The position numbers were made by a program, and so were the translations under genes. The notes under the pieces were generated by a model, which was given only the letters and a program-made list of their open reading frames with translations, made no database searches and was not told where the DNA came from. From contig JAFQZM010000013.1 of assembly GCA_017405875.1 (NCBI GenBank), positions 1,709 through 65,708 of the forward strand: a stretch of 64,000 nt of DNA, given 5' to 3'. Source of the DNA: a bacterium (GTDB taxonomy: Bacteria > UBP6 > UBA1177). This document shows, piece by piece, positions 45,811 to 56,660 of the stretch (the stretch's first letter is position 1; each line of letters begins with the position of its first letter).

Positions 45811-47172
45811 TCACCCATTCAAAACATCCGAATCGATTTTGTATATCATTTTTTCATCAATGGAAACGTTTTTGACAAACATCATCATGTAGACCGGCAG
45901 ATAAGTTATTTTGCCGCGCTGCTCCACGTTGCCGTTGTGAAAGACAAAAGCGTTTCTGATGCCGTAATCTTCATTGTTGCAGACATTGCTCAAAGCCGCG
46001 TGTTTCGCGTAATCCTTGCCCGATTTTATCTCGACCGGAACGACTTCACCGTTATGTTCTATCACAAAATCAAGCTCGCCCTGCTTTTTGCTGTTGAAAT
46101 AAAAGAGGTTGAAGCCGTGCGCCTTCAGCTCCTGCGCCGCCGCGTTCTCATAAACAGAACCGAAGTTTATGTCTGCTTCATTGTTAAGGATTTTCAGTTG
46201 TATCCCGTCCATGTACATGCTTGCAAGAAGCCCGACATCCGCTAAAAAAAGTTTGAACAGGTTCGTGGTTTTTGAAAGAAGGAGAGGGATCTTAGGCTCG
46301 CTCACGCAAAAAACAGGAAGTGCGACTCCCGCATCCTTAAGCCATACAAAGCTATTCTCGAATCTTGAAAAACGTTGGTTTTCATTAAGATTTTTCAGCA
46401 GAAAACGCTTGTTTTTGGAATTGAGTTCGCTCGGGATCAGATCAAAAATGTCTTCTAAATAAAGTTTGTTCTGCGGATCGTATTTCGCGATATCCTTTTT
46501 ATAAAGCCTGATTATGCTTTTCTGCTCGCTTACGACATCGGCAATGTTGTTCGTATCGAGATACTTCTGCACCACCGCGGGCATGCCGCCGACAATTAGG
46601 TAGAGGCGGAAAAATTCCAAAAGTTTGTTGTGAACAAGCTGATCAACGGGGGTTTTCTTCTCAAATGAATCGCGTAAAGCGTCAAAAACCCGTTTCGAAA
46701 CGCAGTTAGCAGTCAAAAATTCCTCGAAATCGAGCGGGAACATCTCTTCCACATCCATATAACCGACAGGAACTGAACGGATATCCTTCAGATCGACACC
46801 GAGCAGAGAACCGCTCATAATGTACTGGTAACTTCCCTCTTCAACTAAAAATTTTATGGCAGTCGCAATGTTTTTACATTCCTGAACTTCATCAAAAAAG
46901 ATAAAAGTCTCGTTTTTGACAAGCTCTTTTCCGGCAAAAACGGAAATCCGAAGCAGCATCTCGTCAACACTCGAAGCATTTTCAAAAAGAGATGCCGCCG
47001 CGGGATTTTCGATAAAGTTGATCCTGACATAATGCCGGTATTTTTTGGCGAACTGCTCAATAATAAAAGTTTTTCCGACCTGCCTTGCTCCAGTTATCAG
47101 GAGAGCTTTTTTCTCTTTTTTCTCGTAAAACCGCTCCAACCTTTTCGCTATTTTTCGCTCTAACATAGGCAC
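45811..47172 (-). CDS. AAA+ ATPase with C-terminal DUF4143 domain
   Basis: Walker A ALLITGARQVGKTF and Walker B IFFDEVQ; family layout AAA_14 + DUF4143. Confidence 0.8.
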   Translation of the reverse strand: MPMLERKIAKRLERFYEKKEKKALLITGARQVGKTFIIEQFAKKYRHYVRINFIENPAAASLFENASSVDEMLLRISVFAGKELVKNETFIFFDEVQECKNIATAIKFLVEEGSYQYIMSGSLLGVDLKDIRSVPVGYMDVEEMFPLDFEEFLTANCVSKRVFDALRDSFEKKTPVDQLVHNKLLEFFRLYLIVGGMPAVVQKYLDTNNIADVVSEQKSIIRLYKKDIAKYDPQNKLYLEDIFDLIPSELNSKNKRFLLKNLNENQRFSRFENSFVWLKDAGVALPVFCVSEPKIPLLLSKTTNLFKLFLADVGLLASMYMDGIQLKILNNEADINFGSVYENAAAQELKAHGFNLFYFNSKKQGELDFVIEHNGEVVPVEIKSGKDYAKHAALSNVCNNEDYGIRNAFVFHNGNVEQRGKITYLPVYMMMFVKNVSIDEKMIYKIDSDVLNG

Positions 47173-47226
47173 CTCTTTTCAAAAAAGAATCAACAAACTG
47201 AAATCACAATATAAAATAGCATACCC

Positions 47227-47310
47227 TTAACGGTTTTCCAAGCTTTTTTTTGAAAAATTTAACGGTTTTCCATGAATTTTTCGGAAAATTTTAACGGTTT
47301 TCCAAGATTT
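47227..47310. repeat. Three phased direct repeats of TTTAACGGTTTTCCA(A/T)G, 32-33 bp centre-to-centre, plus a partial inverted half-site ACCGTT
   Basis: Read directly in the 146 bp gap between the polA stop and the AAA+/DUF4143 gene start. Confidence 0.5.
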
Positions 47311-47317
47311 TTACCGT

Positions 47318-49813
47318 TTATTTGAGTTCTGCCCAATTGTCGCCAATGGAATAGTTGACATCGAGCGGCACTTCAAAATCTTTGCCCGCAGCCCGCATTT
47401 TCTCGGCACACAGTTCTGCGATATCGCTTCTGTTTTCCGGGAATTCGATGATGAGTTCGTCGTGGATCTGAAGCAGAATACGCGCTTCGGGGCAGACACT
47501 TTTAAGCATGTTGTAGACTGCGACACTTCCCTGCTTGATCACGTCCGCAGCAGTTCCCTGGATCACGGTATTTACCGCCATTCTTTCGCCAGATTTCGCG
47601 ATATTTTTGTTTGAATTTGCGATCTCAGGGATGTAGCGGCGGCGTCCGAAGTAAGTCTCGACATAGCCTTCTTCGCGGGCATTCCTGATGGTGTCGTCGA
47701 TGAACTGCTTGATTTTCGGGTAGCATGCGAAGTAGTTGTCGATATATTTTTTCGCAAAAGCAATGTCGACACCCGTATCGACCGAAAGTTTGTAGGCCTG
47801 CATCCCGTAGATTATGCCGAAGTTGACCGCTTTCGCGTTGCGGCGCATTTCTTTGTCCACGAATTCGGGAAGAGTGCCGAAAATCGCGGCTGCGGTACGT
47901 CTGTGAATGTCTTCTCCGTTTTTGAAAGCCTCGATAAATTCAGGCTCTTTGCTGAGTGCCGCCAGGATCCTGAGTTCGATCTGGCTGTAGTCGAGAGAAA
48001 GGAGTTTGAACCCTTTTTCTGCAACAAAAAGAGAGCGGATCTTCTGGCCGTCCTCAGTGCGCGTCGGAATATTCTGCAAATTTGGCTCCCTGCTCGCAAG
48101 TCTGCCCGTAGCGGCGTAAGTCACGATGTAGGAAGTGTGCAACCTGCCGTCGGATGCGGTCTTCGCGGCGATCGGCTCGAGATAGGTAGAGACGAGCTTC
48201 GAATATTTTCTGTTTTCGATGATGAGTTTGGGAAGCGGATGGTCGTTTTCCTCGGCGACTTTTTCAAGAATATCGTGACCTGTGCTGTAGCCTGTTTTCG
48301 TCTTTTTGCCGCCCGAAAGCTGAAGTTTGTCAAACAAAATCTCGGCAAGCTGTTTCGGCGAATTCGGATTGAAAACAGTGCCAGCTGCCTCGTAAATCTG
48401 CTTCGTCAGCTCGTTGATCCTGCTTAAAAACTCGCTTCTGAGCCTGCTCGTTTCACTAAGATCTACCTTTATTCCGTTCTGCTCCATCGCCCTGACGACC
48501 TCAAGGTGCGGCATCTCTATTCCGTTCAGAAGGAACGACTTGTCTTCATGTTTTTCCTCGATTTTCGCGCGGAGCTTTTCCAGAAAAGCAAAAAACTGCT
48601 CGGGAGACTCTTTGTTCACTTCGCCAAAGCCCAGCGCCTCTGCGATCTCTTCAGGCGAATAGCCGTGACGGCCGCTGTCGTGACAGAAGTAGTAAATCTG
48701 CAAATCGATGAACTTTATCCCTTTAGGAAAAGGCGCATCAAGGAACTCTTTCACTTCAAAAGAATAAACCGTCGAATCAGCAGGCAGTTTTGCGATCTCA
48801 AGCGGCATAAATTTGCCATCTTTTCCGACATAAAAACTGCCGTAAAAGGTGCTTCCGTAAAGGGTTTCATCGCTTTTTACATAAAATTCGCCAGTTTCCC
48901 ATTTTTCGTGAAGTTCGATCGTTTTTTTAGGTTCCGGCACCGACTCTTTTTTTGCCGGAAGATCGCTTTCAATTTTTCTTAAGATAGACGCGAAACCTAA
49001 TTCGGAACAGAGTTTCACGATTTTTTCGGTGTCAGGATTCGTCCATGGATCAAAACATTTCTGACAGCCCTCCAGCTTTACCGAAGAATCAAGACGGATC
49101 AGAAATTTCGAAAACTCAAACTGTTCCTTATTCTCCGCAAAACCCTTTTGCAATGCAGGTTTCAGAGCACTCAGATTCTGATAGATGTTATCAGCCGAGC
49201 CGTATTTGTTGAGAAGTTCTGCCGCAGTTTTGAGCCCGACTTTCGGCATTCCCGGAACATTGTCGGAGCTGTCGCCCAAAAGAGCGAGGAAATCGAGCAT
49301 CTGAGTCGGCATAACGCCGTATTTTTCCTGCACAGCCGCAGGATCGATGATTTTATCCTTCATGCTGTCATACATCAGGACATTCCCGCCCACGAGTTGC
49401 ATCAAGTCCTTGTCGGAAGAGATGATGACGATTTCTTTGTCGGGATTGTTGGCTACGATCGAAGCAATGACGTCGTCAGCCTCGAAGCCGTCACAGGCAA
49501 AAACCGGAATGTTGAGCGCCTCAAGCATCGGCATAATCAGCTCAAACTGCGATTTGAGCTCAGGATCGACCTCCTTCCGGTTCGCCTTGTATTCGGGATA
49601 AGCCTTTTTTCTGAAGGTCTCCGTCTTGCTGTCAAGTGCCGCGACCGCCGCAAAACCTTTGAACTTCGATATCGTCCTAAAAAACATGTTGATAAAGCCG
49701 TATATTGCGTTCACCGGCTCGCCCTTCGGCGAATACATCGGCGGAAGCGCGTGAAAAGCCCTGAAAATATAAGAACTTACGTCAAGTATCGCGATTTTCC
49801 CCTCGTTCTGCAT
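47318..49813 (-). CDS. polA: DNA polymerase I
   Basis: 5'-3' exonuclease N-domain (IAILDVSSYIFRAFHALPPM) and polymerase motifs (RRTAAAIFG, KAVNFGIIYG, QIHDELIIE). Start set at MQNEGK, preceded by a GAGGAGG RBS; the ORF-track start at 49999 is upstream of it. Confidence 0.9.
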   Translation of the reverse strand: MQNEGKIAILDVSSYIFRAFHALPPMYSPKGEPVNAIYGFINMFFRTISKFKGFAAVAALDSKTETFRKKAYPEYKANRKEVDPELKSQFELIMPMLEALNIPVFACDGFEADDVIASIVANNPDKEIVIISSDKDLMQLVGGNVLMYDSMKDKIIDPAAVQEKYGVMPTQMLDFLALLGDSSDNVPGMPKVGLKTAAELLNKYGSADNIYQNLSALKPALQKGFAENKEQFEFSKFLIRLDSSVKLEGCQKCFDPWTNPDTEKIVKLCSELGFASILRKIESDLPAKKESVPEPKKTIELHEKWETGEFYVKSDETLYGSTFYGSFYVGKDGKFMPLEIAKLPADSTVYSFEVKEFLDAPFPKGIKFIDLQIYYFCHDSGRHGYSPEEIAEALGFGEVNKESPEQFFAFLEKLRAKIEEKHEDKSFLLNGIEMPHLEVVRAMEQNGIKVDLSETSRLRSEFLSRINELTKQIYEAAGTVFNPNSPKQLAEILFDKLQLSGGKKTKTGYSTGHDILEKVAEENDHPLPKLIIENRKYSKLVSTYLEPIAAKTASDGRLHTSYIVTYAATGRLASREPNLQNIPTRTEDGQKIRSLFVAEKGFKLLSLDYSQIELRILAALSKEPEFIEAFKNGEDIHRRTAAAIFGTLPEFVDKEMRRNAKAVNFGIIYGMQAYKLSVDTGVDIAFAKKYIDNYFACYPKIKQFIDDTIRNAREEGYVETYFGRRRYIPEIANSNKNIAKSGERMAVNTVIQGTAADVIKQGSVAVYNMLKSVCPEARILLQIHDELIIEFPENRSDIAELCAEKMRAAGKDFEVPLDVNYSIGDNWAELK

Positions 49814-49953
49814 CGTTTCCTCCTCAAAAAAACGGCAGATTTTATTAAAAAACCGATTTTTCTCAAATATGTCACTAAAACTTTTTTTCTTGCCTATTTT
49901 GCAAAGTGGGATATAATCAAAAGTGGGATTTCCTACTGCAAAGGAGGTGCAGA

Positions 49954-50211
49954 ATGCAGGCTGTAGCAATGAGATCTTATGATGCAAAAATCGATTCAAA
50001 GAAAAGAATCACTTTGCGAAACACTATTTACGAGTATTTTCACGTTGAAGAATACGATGACGGAAAAATCGTTCTTGAACCGCGTGTCCTGACCAAACCT
50101 TTCACTATTTCTGAGAACTCCCTTTCCATGATGGATGCGAGCATGAAAAACTTCAAGGAAGGTATGGTTGCGGAACCGATCGATTTTTCTGAATACGAGG
50201 ATATCAAATAA
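49954..50211 (+). CDS. AbrB/MazE/SpoVT-family antitoxin-like protein
   Basis: MQAVAMRSYDAKIDSKKRITLRN... (swapped-hairpin KIDSKKRITL signature); RBS AAGGAGG. TAATG overlap with the downstream ORF. Confidence 0.5.
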   Translation: MQAVAMRSYDAKIDSKKRITLRNTIYEYFHVEEYDDGKIVLEPRVLTKPFTISENSLSMMDASMKNFKEGMVAEPIDFSEYEDIK

Positions 50212-50573
50212 TGTTCAATATAAGAATGGGAATTCCGGAAATGAAAAATTTCTGGGAAACGCTTTCTCAAAAAATCAAAGAGGAAAAAGCCGGCAAAACC
50301 GAAAAAATTTTATTCAAAAAACTCCTTGCATGCTTCAAAAAACTGGCATCCGATCCAAAATATCCGGGACTTTGCACCCATGACATAGAGGTTTTGTCCA
50401 GAAGGTACGGAATAAAAGTCTGGGAATCCTATCTTGAGAACAAGAAACCAGCTGCCGGACGAGTTTTCTGGGTTTACGGCCCGAATCAATCCGATATTAC
50501 GATCATAGCGATAGAGCCTCACCCTGATGACAAAAAATCGGCTTACAAAGAAATAACTCTTTCCTCAATGTGA
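50211..50573 (+). CDS. Putative RelE/ParE-superfamily toxin partner
   Basis: 120 aa, basic, translationally coupled; C-terminal ...GRVFWVYGPNQSDITIIAIEPHPDD resembles the RelE/YafQ-type C-terminus. Weak assignment. Confidence 0.35.
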   Translation: MFNIRMGIPEMKNFWETLSQKIKEEKAGKTEKILFKKLLACFKKLASDPKYPGLCTHDIEVLSRRYGIKVWESYLENKKPAAGRVFWVYGPNQSDITIIAIEPHPDDKKSAYKEITLSSM

Positions 50574-50596
50574 GAAATGTATTGATAAGTTTCAAG

Positions 50597-51397
50597 ATGA
50601 AAAAAATCTTCTGCATATTTTTTCTGATTTTATTAGCTTTCCCTTTGTTTGCCGAAGAACCGGAAAGCAAAAAGATTTTCGCGCTTGACCCGCTGACTGA
50701 CGGGATCCTGCTCGGAACAGGCGTTCTGCTTACCGGCGGAGAGCTGCTTCTTGATGATGTAATGGAGCTAAACCGCAGAAAATACGAAGAAAAAAGTTAT
50801 TCCAAAAGCGATGTGAACGCTTTCGACCGCAAACTTGTCAGACCTTATTCGAAAATTCACGACGGCGCATCCGATTTTCTCATCATGGCTTCACTGGTGA
50901 CACCTGTCGCGCTGCTTTCCACCGACAAAAATGAGTGGTTCGCAAACGGCGTGATGTATCTCGAAACGATACTTATCGCAAACAGTTTGAAAGAGACGCT
51001 TAAACTCGCCGTCAACCGCCCAAGGCCTTACATCTATTCCGGCTCGGAGAATTTGCCCGAAAGCGATCTCAACGACGGCGGCTGGGCAAAATCCTTTCCT
51101 TCCGGACACACGACTTTAGCTTTCGCGAGCGCGACTTTTCTGACCTACACTTTCTGCAGATACTTCCGCAATTCACCGTGGCGTATCCCCGTTTCCATCG
51201 GAAGTTACGCACTTGCCACAGGTGTCGCAGTCTTGCGAGTTTCCAGCGGAAGCCACTTTTTGAGCGACGTTCTTGTCGGTGCGGCAATAGGAAGTGCTGT
51301 CGGATTTTTAGTGCCGTTTTTCCACACTTTAAACACGAAAAACGACATGAGCGTCGCCGTGACGGGAAACGGATTAAGTTTTACGGTGAAGTTTTAG
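50597..51397 (+). CDS. PAP2-family (type 2 phosphatidic acid phosphatase) membrane phosphatase
   Basis: All three PAP2 motifs: KLAVNRPRPY, SFPSGHT, SRVSSGSHFLSDVLVGA. Confidence 0.85.
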   Translation: MKKIFCIFFLILLAFPLFAEEPESKKIFALDPLTDGILLGTGVLLTGGELLLDDVMELNRRKYEEKSYSKSDVNAFDRKLVRPYSKIHDGASDFLIMASLVTPVALLSTDKNEWFANGVMYLETILIANSLKETLKLAVNRPRPYIYSGSENLPESDLNDGGWAKSFPSGHTTLAFASATFLTYTFCRYFRNSPWRIPVSIGSYALATGVAVLRVSSGSHFLSDVLVGAAIGSAVGFLVPFFHTLNTKNDMSVAVTGNGLSFTVKF

Positions 51398-51418
51398 GAA
51401 ACTACTGAGATAAACACC

Positions 51419-52243
51419 ATGATTCAGGACATAGAGCCAAGTAAATTCGATATCGCTTTCAAAAATCTCAAGCCACAAGGCGCTGATTCTATTATATTTT
51501 TCAATCAAAAAGGTGAAATTCTAGTCAAAGCGGCAGGGGACTCGCTTTTGTTCCCGACTGCAAAAGATTCACCTAAGTCTAAGCAGATAATTTACCTGTT
51601 TTCTGCGGATGAAAAACGTTTTTTTCTTGCCGTAACTCAGGATGAAATTTCGCTCGAAGGCTTCAGCTATCAGGAGTTGCGTGAGCTGCGCGGAACATGC
51701 AGAAATGTTGATCTTCTCGCTGCATTCACCGCTTATCACTTGTGGCGCTGGTACACAGACAACCGTTTCTGCGGAAAGTGCGCCGAAAAACTCTCTTTTT
51801 CCGAGACTGAACGCGCACTCGTCTGCAAAAAATGCGGAAACACGATCTATCCGCGCATAAATCCGGCAGTTATCGTGGCAGTCACGAAAGGTGACTCTCT
51901 TTTGGTAACACGCTATCGCAACGGCTACAACCACAACGCCCTTGTTGCAGGTTTTACAGAGATCGGCGAAACTCTTGAGCAGACCGTGGCACGCGAAGTG
52001 ATGGAAGAAACCGGCATAAAAGTGAAAAACATCCGCTACTACAAATCGCAGCCATGGGGCATCGCGCAGGACATTCTGGTCGGTTACTTCTGCGAAGCCG
52101 ACGGCGACGACAAGATCCGTCTTGACGAAAACGAACTGAAATTCGCGCAGTGGCTCAAACGCGATGAGATCGAACTGCAGCCGGACAGCATCAGTTTAAC
52201 CAACGAAATGATGAAGATGTTTAAAGAGAGGAAAAATCCATGA
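51419..52243 (+). CDS. nudC: NAD+ diphosphatase (Nudix hydrolase with zinc ribbon)
   Basis: CGKCAEK...CKKCGN zinc ribbon followed by a Nudix box (GFTEIGETLEQTVAREVMEETG). Confidence 0.8.
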   Translation: MIQDIEPSKFDIAFKNLKPQGADSIIFFNQKGEILVKAAGDSLLFPTAKDSPKSKQIIYLFSADEKRFFLAVTQDEISLEGFSYQELRELRGTCRNVDLLAAFTAYHLWRWYTDNRFCGKCAEKLSFSETERALVCKKCGNTIYPRINPAVIVAVTKGDSLLVTRYRNGYNHNALVAGFTEIGETLEQTVAREVMEETGIKVKNIRYYKSQPWGIAQDILVGYFCEADGDDKIRLDENELKFAQWLKRDEIELQPDSISLTNEMMKMFKERKNP

Positions 52244-52566
52244 TCGGTTACTGCGGTCTTGACTGCGAAAAGTGCGACGCATACATCGCGACGAAAAACA
52301 ACGATGACGCCCTGCGTGAAAAAACGGCGAAACTATGGAGTGAACTGAATCACGCCACAATTCTGCCGGAACAAATCAACTGCGACGGATGCCGCGCGGA
52401 CGGAATCAAAACATTCTACTGCGAAAACCTCTGCGCTGTCCGTAAATGCGCTTTGCAAAAAGGTTTTGCGACCTGCGGCGACTGCCCCAAAATGGAAAAA
52501 TGCCCGACTCTCGGAGTCATCACCGCGAACAATCCCGATGCGTTGAAAAATTTGAAATCATCATAA
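52240..52566 (+). CDS. Cys-rich DUF3795-family protein
   Basis: MIGYCGLDCEKCDAY...CDGC...CENLCAVRKCALQKGFATCGDCPKMEKCP. Confidence 0.55.
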   Translation: MIGYCGLDCEKCDAYIATKNNDDALREKTAKLWSELNHATILPEQINCDGCRADGIKTFYCENLCAVRKCALQKGFATCGDCPKMEKCPTLGVITANNPDALKNLKSS

Positions 52567-52638
52567 TGCTAACATTTTATCAAAAACTTGACTTTTAAGC
52601 CTATAATCGCTAATATATTGACGATTTTGAGGTGCAAA

Positions 52639-52914
52639 ATGATAGTGCTGAAAACTCCGCAGGAAATGGCGGTTGATGCCGCAAAACGCTTCAAGGAAAT
52701 GAGAAAAGCGAAAAAAATAACGATAAAAAAGTTGAGCGAAAATAGCGGCGTTCCCTATTCCACAATCAGACGTTTTGAAAGCAGCGGCGAAATATCGTTT
52801 CTTTCACTCGTTAAAATCGTTTCGACTGTCGGTGAAGATGAAGAGATCACAAACCTGTTTGCCAAGCGCATACCAGCATCAATAGAGGAGATCATCCGTG
52901 AAAACCGCAGATAG
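52639..52914 (+). CDS. hipB: HipB-like XRE HTH antitoxin (second hip locus)
   Basis: KKITIKKLSENSGVPYSTIRRFESSGEISFLSLVKIV; overlaps the downstream hipA start. Confidence 0.6.
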   Translation: MIVLKTPQEMAVDAAKRFKEMRKAKKITIKKLSENSGVPYSTIRRFESSGEISFLSLVKIVSTVGEDEEITNLFAKRIPASIEEIIRENRR

Positions 52915-54034
52915 AATTGAAGTTTTTTTGAACGGGAAAAAAGTCGGAACAATGGTTCCCTACCAGAAACGGCTGACCGCTTTTGAATATTCCGAGGAAT
53001 GGCTTCGGGACGGATTTTCCATAAGTCCTTTTTCGCTTCCGCTGCAGGCAGGTGTAAAAATCGCAAAGGTCGATCCCTTCGACGGAATTTTCGGGATATT
53101 CGCCGATTCGCTTCCTGACGGCTGGGGCAAATTGTTGGTCGACCGGATGCTCAGAAAAGCGGGAGAACGCCCTGAAGAAATCGATCCTTTTTCCCGCCTT
53201 TCCATTGTCGGAACATCAGGAACGGGAGCATTGGAATACAAACCTGTTTACAACTTGAAAACAAATGAACATATTGACGATCTCGACCGCCTTGCCGAAG
53301 AATGCCGGAAAATCCTGCAAACAGAAGATTCGGGCGACCTTGACACGCTTTTTGCGATGGGCGGTTCTTCCGGCGGAGCGAGACCGAAAGTGACAATTCG
53401 GCTGAACGGAGAAGAGTGGATCGTGAAATTCCCGTCGTCGGGCGATCCGGCAGATATCGGTTTTATGGAATACGAATACAACCTCTGTGCAAGAGACTGC
53501 GGCATTGATATTCCGGGAATCAGGCTTTTTCCGTCTGATTTATGTCCAGGATATTTCGGTTGCATTCGCTTTGACAGAGTGAAAACCCCGCTCGGTGAAA
53601 AAAAAATCCACACCGCTTCCGTTTCTGCGCTGCTCGAAACTTCCCACAGGATCCCTGCACTTGATTACTGCTCGCTGCTCTCTCTGACCTGGCAGCTCAC
53701 GAAGCGTGAAGATGAAGTTGAAAAAATGTTCACTCTCATGTGTTTCAATGTTTTTGCGCACAACAGAGACGACCACTCAAACAATTTTTCATTTGTTTAT
53801 GACGGCGGCTGGCGGCTCTCTCCAGCTTATGACCTGACTTATTCGAACTCTGTCGGCGGTGAGCATGCGACGACCGTTGCAGGAGAAGGAAAAAATCCCA
53901 CAATAAAGGATATTCTTGCTGTCGCGAAAAAAATCGGCATGAAAGAATCCCGTGCAAAGCAAATAGAGGAAAAGGTTAGTGAAACCGTGAATGAACGACT
54001 GTTTGGAATTATGAAAAAATCGAGGCTTTCATGA
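52898..54034 (+). CDS. hipA: HipA-family Ser/Thr kinase toxin (full length, with N-subdomain)
   Basis: N-terminus [19 protein letters not shown]...SLPLQAG...[10 protein letters not shown]; catalytic core [34 protein letters not shown]. Confidence 0.85.
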   Translation: MKTADRIEVFLNGKKVGTMVPYQKRLTAFEYSEEWLRDGFSISPFSLPLQAGVKIAKVDPFDGIFGIFADSLPDGWGKLLVDRMLRKAGERPEEIDPFSRLSIVGTSGTGALEYKPVYNLKTNEHIDDLDRLAEECRKILQTEDSGDLDTLFAMGGSSGGARPKVTIRLNGEEWIVKFPSSGDPADIGFMEYEYNLCARDCGIDIPGIRLFPSDLCPGYFGCIRFDRVKTPLGEKKIHTASVSALLETSHRIPALDYCSLLSLTWQLTKREDEVEKMFTLMCFNVFAHNRDDHSNNFSFVYDGGWRLSPAYDLTYSNSVGGEHATTVAGEGKNPTIKDILAVAKKIGMKESRAKQIEEKVSETVNERLFGIMKKSRLS

Positions 54035-56565
54035 AACACTACATTGTTACCGGAATGAGCTGCGCAGCGTGTCAGGCGCGTGTTGAAAAGGCTGTATCAA
54101 AGGTGAGCGGCGTTGAGTCCGTAAGCGTGAGTCTGCTCACCAATTCGATGGGTGTCGAAGGTTCAGCCAGCGATGAAGCGGTCATCAAGGCGGTCGTTGA
54201 TGCGGGTTACGGCGCAAAACTCAAGGATGAAAATCGGGAAAACTCGGTTTTTGAGAGCGAAAAAGAGTTTTTAAAAGACCGCGAAACCCCAGTTCTTAAA
54301 AGGCGTCTTGTCATTTCGGCAGTTTTTCTACTTCTTCTCATGTATATCACGATGGGGTACAACATGCTGCACCTTCCCCTGCCCGCTTCTCTGCACGGAA
54401 ACTTCATCGTTCTCACTTTCTTGCAGATGGTGATCGCACTTATTGTGATGTTTGTAAACAGGAAATTTTTCACGAACGGCTTTTCTGCGCTTTTTCACAG
54501 ATCCCCGAATATGGATACTCTCGTCGCGCTCGGTTCCTCGGTCTCTTTCGGCTGGAGCCTTGCTGTAATCTGTGAAATGTTCACGCACGCAGAGAATATC
54601 GCAGAGCTTTATCACTCGAGCCTGTACTTTGAATCGGCAGCGATGATCCCGGCATTGATCACAGTCGGAAAGATGCTCGAAGCAATATCGAAAGGAAGAA
54701 CAACGAACGCGCTGAAAGGGCTCATCGAACTCGCTCCGGTGAAGGCAATCATCGTGAAAAACGGTGCCGAGATCGAGGTGAAAGCTGATGAAGTCAGGGT
54801 CGGAGACTTATTTATAGTCCGACCGGGTGAAAAGATCCCTGTCGACGGAGTCGTCGTTTCGGGAGAGAGTTCAGTTGACGAGTCGGCTCTGACGGGCGAA
54901 TCGATCCCCGTTGACAAAAATGTCGGCGAAAACGTGAGCGCGGCGACGATAAATCAGACCGGCTGCATTACCTGCAGAGCGACGCAAGTCGGCGAGGACA
55001 CCGCTCTGGCACGCATCATCCGACTTGTTTCGGATGCCGCTGCGACAAAGGCGCCTATTGCCCGGATAGCGGACAAAGTTTCGGCATATTTTGTTCCCGC
55101 CGTCATGATCATCGCCGTGATCGTATGCGCCGGCTGGCTCATCGCAGGTGAAACTTTGGCATTCGCGCTGGCGAGAGCGATATCGGTGCTCGTCATTTCG
55201 TGCCCGTGCGCTCTGGGGCTTGCTACACCCGTTGCGATAATGGTGGGAAACGGTGTCGGAGCAAAAAACGGTATCCTTTTCAAAAGCGGCGAAGCCTTGG
55301 AATCTGCAGGAAAAACTGCGATCGTTGCACTCGACAAAACGGGGACCATCACTTCGGGAGAGCCGAAAGTCACAGACATTCTGCCGGCTTCGGGGATCAC
55401 CGAAGAAGAACTTCTCAAAAAAGCCTCTTCTCTTGAGAAAAAAAGCGAGCATCCTTTGGCGAAAGCGATAGTCAGAAAGGCCGAAGAGATGAATCTGGAA
55501 GCGTTTGAAACAACAGATTTCCGCATCCTGCCGGGTAACGGAGTGGAAGCGAAACTCGAAGGCAGGCTCTTTCGCGGCGGCAGCGAAAAATATATAAGCG
55601 ATTTTCTCAAAGTGTCTGAAAACTTTACGAAAGCCGCATCAATTCTAGCTGAAGCAGGCAAAACGCCTCTTTATTTCTGTAAAAACGAAGAAATTCTCGG
55701 AATAATCGCGGTAGCCGACACGATAAAGCCCGATTCTGCAAAAGCGATCGGAGAACTGCACAAAATGGGGCTCAAAGTGATTATGCTCACCGGCGACAAC
55801 GAAAGAACGGCACGCGCAATAGGCAGAGAAGCGGGAGTTGACGAGATTATCGCGGGAGTCCTCCCCGAAGAAAAAGCGGCGGCAGTCGTTTTGATGCAGA
55901 AATACGGAAAAGTCGCATTCGTCGGTGACGGGATCAACGATTCACCCGCATTGATAAAGGCCGATACCGGCATCGCGATAGGCGCCGGGACCGACATCGC
56001 GATAAAGAGCGCCGACATTGTTCTGATGAACAGTTCGCTAACCGATGCCGCAGCAGCAATAAGGCTCAGCCGAAAAACCTTGAAAAACATTCACGAAAAC
56101 CTCTTCTGGGCGTTTTTCTACAATGTCGTCTGCATTCCTCTTGCAGCAGGACTTTTTGCTTGGAAAATGAACCCCATGATCGGAGCTGCGGCAATGAGCC
56201 TTTCAAGTTTCACAGTCTGCATGAACGCACTCAGACTAAATCTGTTCAAAATATACAACACAAAGCACGATAAACCTCTTAAAGTATTAGGTTTTTCAGC
56301 AACAGATATAAGTAAGGAAATTTCGGAAAACTTCAACAAAAAAAGGAGAAAAAAAATGAAAAGAACAGTAAAGATCGAAGGAATGATGTGCCCGCACTGC
56401 GAAGCGAGAGTAAAAAAAGTGCTCGAAGGACTTCCTTTCGTCACCTCTGCCGATGTCAGCCACGAAAAAGGCGAAGCAGTCCTTACCCTTTCAGGCGAAT
56501 TTGATGAAGCGGCAGTCCGCAAAGTTATTGAAGATAACGGATACAAAGTCGTTTCGGTAGGATAA
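54031..56565 (+). CDS. copA: Copper-translocating P1B-type ATPase with N- and C-terminal HMA metal-binding domains
   Basis: [12 protein letters not shown] (HMA), CPC motif ([11 protein letters not shown]), DKTGT phosphorylation site, [10 protein letters not shown], and a C-terminal [15 protein letters not shown] domain. Confidence 0.9.
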   Translation: MKHYIVTGMSCAACQARVEKAVSKVSGVESVSVSLLTNSMGVEGSASDEAVIKAVVDAGYGAKLKDENRENSVFESEKEFLKDRETPVLKRRLVISAVFLLLLMYITMGYNMLHLPLPASLHGNFIVLTFLQMVIALIVMFVNRKFFTNGFSALFHRSPNMDTLVALGSSVSFGWSLAVICEMFTHAENIAELYHSSLYFESAAMIPALITVGKMLEAISKGRTTNALKGLIELAPVKAIIVKNGAEIEVKADEVRVGDLFIVRPGEKIPVDGVVVSGESSVDESALTGESIPVDKNVGENVSAATINQTGCITCRATQVGEDTALARIIRLVSDAAATKAPIARIADKVSAYFVPAVMIIAVIVCAGWLIAGETLAFALARAISVLVISCPCALGLATPVAIMVGNGVGAKNGILFKSGEALESAGKTAIVALDKTGTITSGEPKVTDILPASGITEEELLKKASSLEKKSEHPLAKAIVRKAEEMNLEAFETTDFRILPGNGVEAKLEGRLFRGGSEKYISDFLKVSENFTKAASILAEAGKTPLYFCKNEEILGIIAVADTIKPDSAKAIGELHKMGLKVIMLTGDNERTARAIGREAGVDEIIAGVLPEEKAAAVVLMQKYGKVAFVGDGINDSPALIKADTGIAIGAGTDIAIKSADIVLMNSSLTDAAAAIRLSRKTLKNIHENLFWAFFYNVVCIPLAAGLFAWKMNPMIGAAAMSLSSFTVCMNALRLNLFKIYNTKHDKPLKVLGFSATDISKEISENFNKKRRKKMKRTVKIEGMMCPHCEARVKKVLEGLPFVTSADVSHEKGEAVLTLSGEFDEAAVRKVIEDNGYKVVSVG

Positions 56566-56660
56566 TTTCACTCTCTTCGCCTTAAAAATTTAAAGAAAAT
56601 ATTCCGTTTATCCGCTTTTTGTGCTATAAACAGGCAGTTTTTTTAATTTCGGAGAAAAAA

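Noticed and set aside
49814-49999. 62-codon N-terminal extension of polA
   Set aside because: A strong GAGGAGG RBS precedes the MQNEGKIAILD start, which matches the PolA 5'-nuclease N-terminus. The extension has no PolA similarity.
54031-56565. Possibility that the C-terminal HMA domain of copA is a separate copZ gene
   Set aside because: It is in the same continuous frame with no internal stop or RBS, so it is treated as a C-terminal fusion.
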